Below are positions 9,497 through 18,262 of a DNA stretch of 59,804 bases, piece by piece (position 1 is the stretch's first letter; each line of letters begins with the position of its first letter). Below the pieces are notes generated by a model. It was not told the origin of the DNA. It made no database searches and saw nothing but the letters and a program-made list of their open reading frames with translations. The stretch is from contig CAYZMA010000001.1 in the NCBI GenBank assembly GCA_964479405.1, positions 1 to 59,804 of the forward strand, in the 5' to 3' direction. Position numbers and translations under genes: made by a program. Source of the stretch: an uncultured Candidatus Saccharibacteria bacterium (GTDB lineage: Bacteria > Patescibacteriota > UBA1384 > UBA12157 > JAENIV01).

Positions 9497-9527
9497 CCCC
9501 GACGCAATCATGCGTCGGGGTTTTTTT
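9497..9527 (+). terminator. Intrinsic terminator
   Basis: Perfect 10-bp stem CCCCGACGCA / TGCGTCGGGG, 4-nt loop, then T7. Confidence 0.75.
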
Positions 9528-9615
9528 CTAAAATTTTCCATTTTCTTCAAGAGCTGTAAAGTTTAAAATAAATTAAGAAAGTTCAGGAATTCATTGCAGA
9601 AGGGAGCTGATTTGG

Positions 9616-10323
9616 ATGCACGGGAAAATATTGATGTGCTGTTTGACTGTTTTTCTTCTGACTGGTTGTAGCAAAAAAATTCCCGAAAATTGGTTGATTA
9701 TTGCTGACAACTCAAAAAGTCTGAAGTCACAGACGAACCTTATCAAAAAAGGAATTGACAAAGTCGGCGAGAGCTTTGTCAGAAGAGCTTGTACGGGGTC
9801 AAATTTAAAACTGGTTGGCTTTAGTCAGGTTGACTCAGCTTATAGACATCTTGTTCTAGCCAAACATAATTTTATTTTGACAGTGCCAGCCGATATCAGT
9901 CGTAAGGAGCAAGCAACCAAAATTGTCAATGAATTTGGTCAGGCTGTTAGCAATGTTCCTTTAGTTGACAATTCTTCTTTGCTGGAAGTTATTAGGATTC
10001 AATCGGAATTAATGCCCAATGATTGCCAATGGCGTTTAATTATTATTTCCGATTTTATTCAAAGCACTTCAGCTTTGCTCTTTACGCCGAAATATCTTGT
10101 AAGTAGAGGAAACAGAGAAATTGTTAAGGACATGCTGGCAATTTCTCCCAAACCGGCTAATCCGCCAATAAGTGTTACGCTTTATTGGTATCCGGGTCTT
10201 TGGGACAAAAATCAGGCTATTGATCCAAAAACCCATGCTCGTGTCCGCCGAATTTTTAAGCAGTTCTTCCAAAGTTGGGCTGGCAAAGATTGTCCAATTG
10301 AAATTGAGCCTTTGCAGGAATAA
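9616..10323 (+). CDS. Putative lipoprotein with a vWA-like (MIDAS) domain
   Basis: Lipobox LLTGC near the N-terminus. DNSKS (DxSxS) motif and a later LIIISDF strand. Confidence 0.5.
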   Translation: MHGKILMCCLTVFLLTGCSKKIPENWLIIADNSKSLKSQTNLIKKGIDKVGESFVRRACTGSNLKLVGFSQVDSAYRHLVLAKHNFILTVPADISRKEQATKIVNEFGQAVSNVPLVDNSSLLEVIRIQSELMPNDCQWRLIIISDFIQSTSALLFTPKYLVSRGNREIVKDMLAISPKPANPPISVTLYWYPGLWDKNQAIDPKTHARVRRIFKQFFQSWAGKDCPIEIEPLQE

Positions 10324-10349
10324 AGAAACTAATTTACTACTATTTTTAT

Positions 10350-10380
10350 GAGGTCGGAAATCTTTTTCCGACCTCTTTTT
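10350..10380 (+). terminator. Intrinsic terminator
   Basis: GAGGTCGGAAA / TTTCCGACCTC stem with a 4-nt loop, followed by a T-run. Confidence 0.7.
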
Positions 10381-10413
10381 ATTTTAACCAACAAAAGATA
10401 TACTTAAATTAAG

Positions 10414-11601
10414 ATGTCTAAATTATTGCAAATTTACTTGCGTTTTTGGGTGAAATTTTATTTAAAACGCACGAAACCTAAAATTGTTGCTATCACCGGT
10501 TCAATTAGCAAGACCTCAACCAAAGAGGCGATTTTTGAAGTTTTGAAAATTAAGTTTGGTAAGGATTTAAGAAAATCAGAAGGCAATTTAAATAATGAAA
10601 CAGGCGTGCCTTTGGCAATTTTCGGGTTTAAAAAATCGCCGACAAAATCTTGGCAGTGGTTACCAATTATTATTGGTGTCAAATGGAGAGCCTTATTTGG
10701 CCAAAAATTTAAAGTCTTGGTCTTAGAAATGGCCGCTGACAAACCGGGGGATATTAAATATTTAACTGATTTTATTAAACCCGATATTTCCTGCATCACC
10801 AGCATTGCGCCGGCGCATTTATCTGCTTTTGGGAGTATTGAAAAAATTGTCCAAGAAAAAACCGATCTTATCAGGGCTTTACCTTGTGGCGGTTGGACTG
10901 TTTTGAATTATGACGACGAAAATTTAAGAAAATTATCTTCTACGGACCCGCAGACATTAACTTATGCTATAGAAGAAAAAGCCGATATTACGGCTAAAAA
11001 TATTACCACCGAAATTATCAATTTTAAACCTAAAACACTTTTCCAAGTTTCAAGCGAAAATTTAAAGTTTAGAGCAACGGTGCCGACTTTGGGTAGAGTT
11101 TGGAATGTTTATTCCGCTTTGGCGGCGGTGGCGGTCGGGAGTATTTTTGAAATGTCGTCAGCCGATATTATTAAAGGTCTGGAAAATATCAGATCAGAGG
11201 CACACAGAATGTCAGTTTTAAAAGGTAAAAACAATACTTTACTCATTGACGATTCTTACAACGCAAATCCGCTTTCAATGAAAGTGGCGTTGGATGTTTT
11301 AAAATTTTTACCTCAGCCGTCACAAGGCGCAAGAAAAATTGCTGTTTTAGGCGACATGTTAGAAATTGGGCAAATTTCAGCCGAAGCCCACCGGCTTATT
11401 GGTCAATCTGCAAAAGAAATTGCCGATCTTGTAATTTCAGTAGGTAAAGAGGCGCGAAAATATAATGGTCAAGTTCATTTTGAAACGGCACAGGAAGCAG
11501 GCGACTTCCTTTTGGCTAACTTACAGAAAAATGATATAATTTTAGTAAAGGCTTCCCGAGCGATTGGCTTGGATAAAGTTGTTGAAAGATTGAAAGAATA
11601 A
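10414..11601 (+). CDS. murF: UDP-N-acetylmuramoyl-tripeptide--D-alanyl-D-alanine ligase
   Basis: Mur ligase P-loop ITGSISKTSTKE and DDSYNANPLSM motif. Lies immediately upstream of mraY. Confidence 0.85.
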   Translation: MSKLLQIYLRFWVKFYLKRTKPKIVAITGSISKTSTKEAIFEVLKIKFGKDLRKSEGNLNNETGVPLAIFGFKKSPTKSWQWLPIIIGVKWRALFGQKFKVLVLEMAADKPGDIKYLTDFIKPDISCITSIAPAHLSAFGSIEKIVQEKTDLIRALPCGGWTVLNYDDENLRKLSSTDPQTLTYAIEEKADITAKNITTEIINFKPKTLFQVSSENLKFRATVPTLGRVWNVYSALAAVAVGSIFEMSSADIIKGLENIRSEAHRMSVLKGKNNTLLIDDSYNANPLSMKVALDVLKFLPQPSQGARKIAVLGDMLEIGQISAEAHRLIGQSAKEIADLVISVGKEARKYNGQVHFETAQEAGDFLLANLQKNDIILVKASRAIGLDKVVERLKE

Positions 11602-12626
11602 TGGAACAAATTCAAATTTATTTACCCAATTTGGTCAAGATTTTTTGGCTAACTGGCATTTCTTTTATTATTGCCATTATTTGGACGCCAATTTTTACCG
11701 ATTTTTTGTATCGCAATCGTTTTGGCAAAAGAATTCGCAAAACCGGTTATGACGAACAAAAGGCGCCTATTTTTTATGCCTTGCATAAACATAAAGCCGA
11801 TACGCCGACAATGGGAGGACTGGTTGTTTGGGTCACAACAGCCGTAATTACCGTTCTTTTTAATTTTTCGCGATCTGGCACTTGGTTGCCACTCTTTGCT
11901 TTAGTTGCCTCTGGTATTATTGGGGCGATTGATGACATTTACAATATCCGAGGCATTGGACCGCATGGCGGGGGACTTCGTTTTAGGTTTAAACTTTTAA
12001 TTTATTTGGCGATCGCCACCGTCGGCGCTTGGTGGTTTTATTTTAAACTTGGCTGGGATATTTTTCACATTCCGGGAGTGGGTGATTTGTCTTTAGGTTT
12101 TTGGTATGTGCCCTTATTTATTTTGGTTATTGTTGCCGTTGCTTTTGCTGTCAATGAAACCGATGGACTCGATGGTTTAGCTGGTGGTACTTTGGCAATT
12201 TCCTACGGCGCATATTGTATTATTGCTTTAGTTGAAGGAAAATCGGCACTGGCGGCATTTTGTGGCACAATTATGGGCGCGCTCTTAGCTTTTTTGTGGT
12301 TTAATATTTATCCGGCAAGATTTATTATGGGCGATACTGGTTCTATGGCATTGGGGGCGACTTTAGGAGTGATTGCCTTTTTGACTAATACCGTGGCAGT
12401 TTTGCCAATTATCGGTTTTATTTTTTTACTTGAAGCTTTGTCAGTTATGATTCAAATTGCTTCAAAGAAATTATTTAAACGGAAGGTTTTTCTTTCGGCT
12501 CCTATTCATCATCACCTTGAAGCGTTGGGTTGGCCCGAGCCGAAAGTAGTGATGCGTTTTTGGGTCATTTCGGCGGTAATGGCTATTATTGGGGTGATGA
12601 TTGCCTTAGTTGGTCGGGGAATCTAA
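11601..12626 (+). CDS. mraY: Phospho-N-acetylmuramoyl-pentapeptide transferase
   Basis: NETDGLDGLAGG, MGDTGSMALG and APIHHHLE motifs; polytopic membrane protein. Confidence 0.95.
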   Translation: MEQIQIYLPNLVKIFWLTGISFIIAIIWTPIFTDFLYRNRFGKRIRKTGYDEQKAPIFYALHKHKADTPTMGGLVVWVTTAVITVLFNFSRSGTWLPLFALVASGIIGAIDDIYNIRGIGPHGGGLRFRFKLLIYLAIATVGAWWFYFKLGWDIFHIPGVGDLSLGFWYVPLFILVIVAVAFAVNETDGLDGLAGGTLAISYGAYCIIALVEGKSALAAFCGTIMGALLAFLWFNIYPARFIMGDTGSMALGATLGVIAFLTNTVAVLPIIGFIFLLEALSVMIQIASKKLFKRKVFLSAPIHHHLEALGWPEPKVVMRFWVISAVMAIIGVMIALVGRGI

Positions 12627-12646
12627 AATTTCAGGAGGGATATAAA

Positions 12647-15600
12647 GTGAATAAACGAAAAATAATTACAAGCGCGCTGGCGATAATTTTTGTTCTTGCT
12701 ATCAGTTTTTTTGTTTTTCGGGGGAGCATTTTTAAAGCCGACACCGGGCCGTATGTTCTTTCAGGTAGAATATTTGCGGAGGATTCAAAAGCACCCCTTT
12801 CTGATGTCAATATTATTCTTACTTCCACTGATACAAATATTCCACCGATAACAGCAAAATCCAATCTCGATGGTTCGTATTCCATTTCGGCGTCGGCAAA
12901 TACTTTTACTAGTATTAGCTTTCTCAAAGACGGTTATTGGGACTTAACTGGCAGTGTTATTAACTCTGGTAATCTTTCTAATATGAATTTAAGTCTGGCA
13001 ATGAAATCCGGTTTTGGTCAGGAAGATATTGAAATAGCGACAGTCAAGAAAGGTCGTCCTTGGGAGACAACTAGGTTCGGTCTATCAATTCAGCCAACCG
13101 ACAATTCTCCTAGCGGTCTCAAAACGATCGTGCCGGACGGAAGCACTTATCAAGAGCAATCTTTAGGAACATCATCATTTGAAGGTTACGATCTAGTAAA
13201 ACACGGCTTTGCTCCCATGCAAAGCACCGTCCTATTCGCTGGCGAGACTCTTAAAGTTGGTTCCTCTAAAGATCTAACCATTCTTTTTAGAGGCAAAGCA
13301 AAAACTGATAACTTCTCCTTCTTAAATAAAAAGATTGACGAAGGAAACTGGCAAAACTCTCCGCCGACCTATTTTGCCAACCCATACCTTAAAGAAATCC
13401 CGCTTTCCAGTATTGCCATCAGATACCAAGACAAAGACTATTCCGTAAAAGATGCGGTCAGCGCCAATATCATCAATTCCACTATCTTTATCAGTAATTA
13501 TCCTAATCAAAAACAACTGGATTTTAACAATCCCGACCTACCAATTCCGACTGGGGCATACTTTGCTTTTTGGAGTAAGAAAGATGGGGTAAGTATCGCA
13601 ATTTCTAGCAATACTAATAATAATACTGTTGAACTGCCAACCGATATTTCTTATGACGAATTTGTTCAAATTGCTCAACACGACCAGATTTTGCCGGCTG
13701 ACCAACAAGCTGATCTTGAAAATAAAGAAAATTATATTATTGCTAATACGTATGCCCAAATGGCAAAAAATAATATATCCATTACGGCCGATATGGATAT
13801 TTTGTTGACCAAAAATGAAAAGGTGATCAACCCCAATCAGCTCAACTCTCATTATATGGATTTGCTTCAACAACAATCAAATAAGGGTATAAATATCGCT
13901 CATGCAGACACAAACACAAAAGCCAGTATTGACTTTTTAATTAACCGAGCTAGTTTTGGAGCAGACATTGCAACTTACAATCAAGTTAACGATTTTAAAA
14001 ATACCCAGCTTAATAATATCAAAGCTATTATGGGTGAGCCGATTTTTTCAAGAACAGTTAAAGTCTACAATCTTGATAAGGTTTTAGTATGTAATAGTTT
14101 GCCAAGTTATGCATTCGGAGACTTATCTAAAGGTGCCATTTTTACGACTAAAAGTGAATGTTTGGAATATATGAATAGTTTTAAAGATAATGGTGCTTCA
14201 ATCTCAAATTTAAATGTCATTATAATTGATTTTAACGGTCAATCTATTTCTAAGTCCAGAGAAGAAACTCTGGAGCACGAGATGAGCCATAGCTGGAGAT
14301 CTGTATTCAAAATGGTTTATTCACATAGTTTTGAAGAAGGGCTGGCAGAAAGTCTGCCTTTTGTTATGAAACAGGTTTATAATCCAAACTATTCAGCTGT
14401 AGGAGATAAGGAAACCCCGGTTAATAATTTTGATTATTGGGCTAATAATGTTCCCGAGGCTTATAGAACTTATACTGGAGACAAATATCTTGGTTATTAT
14501 TATGATGGTTATGATTTCTTGAGTGAGTATGGTATTCAAGACGACTTTTTTTGGACACGCAAAATGCATGCCAGCGCGATCTTAAAATTTTTCATTCAAG
14601 ATTATGAACCAGGTTCCCCAACTTTTTATCAAAAATTTGACGATAATTTATTTTTAGAGGTGGTTAAAAACATGGGTTATCCAGTTAATCTTCAAATGTC
14701 TGATCAATATCAAATTAATATGTATAATTTAGTGTGGAAAAATGGAAAGCTTATGAGTGATATGGACCTTTATAACATTTTTTCTAACTCTGGTAATAAC
14801 GAAGATTTAAAGCAAGTTGAAAATATTGATCTAGCACAATGGTTTAAAACAAAATCAGTTTTTCATTTATCGGGTATTTACAATACTCCGGCTGTTGTAG
14901 CTAGCGCAGTTATTCAATATCCAGAAGCTCAAACTATCTGTACTAATAACGATCTTAAGTGTCTTGCTTATCAAAACAAAAGTATGATTTTTTATACCAA
15001 TTCATTTCAATCAAATGGTGGTCGCGGAGTAAGTTATTTAACTGGTACATTTAATAATAAGATTTATTATTTTACTCCTGAAGGTAATGCGTTAAGAATT
15101 GTTGACAGTACCGATACAACTGATGAACAAGGAGCTCTTGATATTACTCCAACAATCAGCTTGGCTAAAACTGTTAATAGTCAATATACTGGTTCATGGC
15201 ATTTTGTCTCTGTCGCTAAAGAAGACAATGGACATGGGTCTCGGGGGATTTATGCCGGTAATCTGTTCACTAAGGCGGGCAGTGGAGTAGGGAGTGGCAT
15301 TTATGGCACTGCAGATCTTCCTGATGGTACTGTGATTACCCTTAACCATGTAAAAGATGACGGTTCTCTTGAACAAGTTGCTCAAACAACTATTTCCAAT
15401 TATGCTTATGAATTTCCGCAAGTTAATGACAATTATGGTCAGTATGTTCTTAACACAACTGGCTACACAAAAAATATAGATAAATGGAAAGGTCATTATG
15501 AACAAGACATTAAAACCGATACCACCAATCCAATTATTACCTCCAAAGGCTCATCTGGTTCAAAGATTAATTATTCTTTAAGCGAACCGGCTTCTGCTTT

Positions 15601-17473
15601 TATAGAATACGGTCTGGAAAAAGATAAATATGACAATATCTCTTTTGGTAAAGCCATAGATGCCAGTAAATTTGAAGGCGATGAAATAAAAGACGGCGAT
15701 AGGGAATTAACTATTGAAAATTTAGACAAAACCAAAGAATATCACTATCGCATTTGGGCGATAGATAAATCCGGCAACATTTCGCATACCGACGACCAAG
15801 TTTTAAATCCAATTGACATTTCTAACATTCAAATCAAAGACATTACTGATACTTCAGCCACTATCACTTGGACCGCCGATCCGGCAACTCAAGCTGTCAT
15901 TGAATATGGCACAACAACTAATTATGGACAAACCAAAGCCGATACTGAAGTAAAAACCAATCATTCCGTCAATCTGACCGGTCTTACAAAAGGGACAACT
16001 TATCATTTTAGAATTAAAGCTTTTATAACTGACGCTAACAAATCAAACTACAGTTCCGACCAAACATTCCAAGCGATTACTTTTGCAATTAGCAATATTA
16101 CGACCGGTTACGGCACTGGTAATTTACCTAAAATTACTTGGAATACAAGTGTCTCCGCCTTTGGCTTGGTTGAATATGGCGAAACTGCCAGCTATGGTTC
16201 TACTTTAGCTTCTGGTAATCCTACTTTCAAAGAAACCACAAAAATCGCTCTCTTTCCCAATAATTTGCCAGTTGGCAAAACTTATCATTTCCGGATAAAA
16301 GCGTATGTAAGTGAGACGGCGCCGATTTACTCCAGCGACCAAACTATAACCTATAATCCTTGTTCGGAAATAAGAAATGCTTGGGTAGGCGAGACCGGGG
16401 CTCAAATCTATATGCCGTATTCGGACAAAACTTTAACCATCAGTGGTCAAACCTATCCTTATCAAACCGGTGGCTATATCGTTTTGTCTGGACTTACTCC
16501 AGCTACTCAATATAATTACGAAGTTTCCGGCTGTGGTGTTGGCAGAGGTTTTCAAACCGATATAATTCTTAAATATATCCAGCAACAAATGGCGCTTGGT
16601 CAAGCGACGGTTCAATGGGACACTAATTTTCCGGTTGACCAAAGTTTGCGTCTTGTTAAAGGCAGTTCGTCTATGGTGGTTGGGGTGACTAATGTCGGTA
16701 ATCATCATACGGCTGCTAATTTCACCGCCCCGACTGGTGTTTATGCTATGTATGTCAAAACAAATAATCTTGAAAAAAGCATTGGCACTATTAATTTTTC
16801 AGGTCTTTATGTTACGAGCAAGTATTTGGATAGTGGTTCATATCTTCTTCATTTTACCTATAACAAATCAGCTAATCTGACCGTAACAAGATGGTATTAT
16901 CGTAGTGGTTGGTACTCTAGTGTCTTGGAGGTTTCTAGTGGTTCTAGTTTCCAGTTTGATACCTTTGTCTGCAGTACTAGAACTGGTGAAGGTGGTGCTT
17001 ATTGCGCCTTTGATGCTAAAAGCCAAGATAACCCAACGGAAACAGCATACTTTAGTGCCAGTGGTACTTCTCCAGGAAGTGATAGTGCTAATGCTTACAA
17101 TATCCCCGCGGTTGCTCTTGAACTGCCGACCACTCTAGAGACTGATGCTTCTTCTTCCGGCTTAGTTCAAACTAATCTTCCCGCCGAAGTTTCTGACAGT
17201 AAGATGGTTCAATCAATCACCTTGCAATATGGCACTCAAAAAGGCATCTATGCCAATTCTCAAGAAATGAAATCACAAGATCGTTTCTATGCTTCTCAAA
17301 TTCCTAATTTAAAGAGTCGAACTTACTATTACCGTTTGGCCATTACTGATCCTGCCGGTCAAATAACCTATACTCCTGAACAAACTTTTCAATCTGGCAA
17401 TAAATATCTTCGTTTCTTTAACGATTTCTTTGGCAATGCTTGGAGTTGGGTTAAGGGAAAGTTCAGGAAATAA
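12647..17473 (+). CDS. Giant (about 1608 aa) membrane-anchored surface protein with CarboxypepD_reg-like N-domain, HExxH motif and FN3-like repeats
   Basis: AGGAGG (12633-12638) then GTG 12647. N-terminal anchor IITSALAIIFVLAISFFVF and HEMSH at 14276-14290. Repeated ..ITW....A.IEYG.T..YG......H...L.GL...T.YHFRIKA modules at about 15.5-16.4 kb. Confidence 0.75.
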   Translation: MNKRKIITSALAIIFVLAISFFVFRGSIFKADTGPYVLSGRIFAEDSKAPLSDVNIILTSTDTNIPPITAKSNLDGSYSISASANTFTSISFLKDGYWDLTGSVINSGNLSNMNLSLAMKSGFGQEDIEIATVKKGRPWETTRFGLSIQPTDNSPSGLKTIVPDGSTYQEQSLGTSSFEGYDLVKHGFAPMQSTVLFAGETLKVGSSKDLTILFRGKAKTDNFSFLNKKIDEGNWQNSPPTYFANPYLKEIPLSSIAIRYQDKDYSVKDAVSANIINSTIFISNYPNQKQLDFNNPDLPIPTGAYFAFWSKKDGVSIAISSNTNNNTVELPTDISYDEFVQIAQHDQILPADQQADLENKENYIIANTYAQMAKNNISITADMDILLTKNEKVINPNQLNSHYMDLLQQQSNKGINIAHADTNTKASIDFLINRASFGADIATYNQVNDFKNTQLNNIKAIMGEPIFSRTVKVYNLDKVLVCNSLPSYAFGDLSKGAIFTTKSECLEYMNSFKDNGASISNLNVIIIDFNGQSISKSREETLEHEMSHSWRSVFKMVYSHSFEEGLAESLPFVMKQVYNPNYSAVGDKETPVNNFDYWANNVPEAYRTYTGDKYLGYYYDGYDFLSEYGIQDDFFWTRKMHASAILKFFIQDYEPGSPTFYQKFDDNLFLEVVKNMGYPVNLQMSDQYQINMYNLVWKNGKLMSDMDLYNIFSNSGNNEDLKQVENIDLAQWFKTKSVFHLSGIYNTPAVVASAVIQYPEAQTICTNNDLKCLAYQNKSMIFYTNSFQSNGGRGVSYLTGTFNNKIYYFTPEGNALRIVDSTDTTDEQGALDITPTISLAKTVNSQYTGSWHFVSVAKEDNGHGSRGIYAGNLFTKAGSGVGSGIYGTADLPDGTVITLNHVKDDGSLEQVAQTTISNYAYEFPQVNDNYGQYVLNTTGYTKNIDKWKGHYEQDIKTDTTNPIITSKGSSGSKINYSLSEPASAFIEYGLEKDKYDNISFGKAIDASKFEGDEIKDGDRELTIENLDKTKEYHYRIWAIDKSGNISHTDDQVLNPIDISNIQIKDITDTSATITWTADPATQAVIEYGTTTNYGQTKADTEVKTNHSVNLTGLTKGTTYHFRIKAFITDANKSNYSSDQTFQAITFAISNITTGYGTGNLPKITWNTSVSAFGLVEYGETASYGSTLASGNPTFKETTKIALFPNNLPVGKTYHFRIKAYVSETAPIYSSDQTITYNPCSEIRNAWVGETGAQIYMPYSDKTLTISGQTYPYQTGGYIVLSGLTPATQYNYEVSGCGVGRGFQTDIILKYIQQQMALGQATVQWDTNFPVDQSLRLVKGSSSMVVGVTNVGNHHTAANFTAPTGVYAMYVKTNNLEKSIGTINFSGLYVTSKYLDSGSYLLHFTYNKSANLTVTRWYYRSGWYSSVLEVSSGSSFQFDTFVCSTRTGEGGAYCAFDAKSQDNPTETAYFSASGTSPGSDSANAYNIPAVALELPTTLETDASSSGLVQTNLPAEVSDSKMVQSITLQYGTQKGIYANSQEMKSQDRFYASQIPNLKSRTYYYRLAITDPAGQITYTPEQTFQSGNKYLRFFNDFFGNAWSWVKGKFRK

Positions 17474-17509
17474 TTTTTAAAATCATACAGTTTTTGCTAT
17501 AATATCTAT

Positions 17510-18262
17510 ATGGAAGAGCATTTCTTTAAATTTGCTATTTTTTCAGCTTTTTCAGAATTAACTTGCGGTATCTCAAATCGTAACTTCGGTGATATGAGAT
17601 TCGGTTACCAAAAACAAGCTGATATTGTTAAAAATAGGGCACAGTTTTTAGGGCAATTAAATATAAATATCTCTGATCTTGTTGTGCCGGTTTTGGCTCA
17701 TGGCGCTCAAATTGCAATTGTTGGTCAGCATGACAAAGGCAAAGGCGCTACTGATCATAAAACAGCCATAACGGCAACCGATGGACTAATCACTTGTGAA
17801 AGTGGCGTTTATTTAATGGTTACTGTTGCCGACTGTTTGCCCGTTTTAATTTATGATCCAATTCTAAAAATTACTGGTGTCATCCATGCTGGTTGGCGGG
17901 GGATTATTGCTCAAATTGTGCCTAAGGCAATTAATAAATTTAAAACTCTAGGAAGTGTTCCACAAAATTTAGTTGTTGGTGTTGGTCCCGGTATTTGTCA
18001 AAAACATTTTATTGTTAAAAAAGATGTTCTTGATTTATTTTTAAATCGATATCCTTCATCAACTTTTGTTAGAAATAATGATGGTTATGTTGATTTAAAA
18101 AAAGCTGTTTTAACAGATTTAAAAAATATGGGAGTGTTGTCATCAAATATTGAAATATCAAATATCTGTACTGTTTGTGAAAATGGTATTTATGGCAGTT
18201 ATCGTAAAGAAAATGATGCTGTCAAAGCTTCGGCGGCGGTTATTGGAATAAAAAATAAATGA
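17510..18262 (+). CDS. pgeF: Peptidoglycan editing factor PgeF / YfiH (DUF152 laccase-domain) family protein
   Basis: VTVADCLPVLIYDP and GVIHAGWRG motifs. Confidence 0.8.
   Translation: MEEHFFKFAIFSAFSELTCGISNRNFGDMRFGYQKQADIVKNRAQFLGQLNINISDLVVPVLAHGAQIAIVGQHDKGKGATDHKTAITATDGLITCESGVYLMVTVADCLPVLIYDPILKITGVIHAGWRGIIAQIVPKAINKFKTLGSVPQNLVVGVGPGICQKHFIVKKDVLDLFLNRYPSSTFVRNNDGYVDLKKAVLTDLKNMGVLSSNIEISNICTVCENGIYGSYRKENDAVKASAAVIGIKNK

Noticed and set aside
12530-12646. ATG 12530 as the start of the giant ORF.
   Set aside because: It would overlap the last 97 nt of mraY. AGGAGG at 12633 followed by GTG 12647 and a signal-anchor helix gives a much better start.
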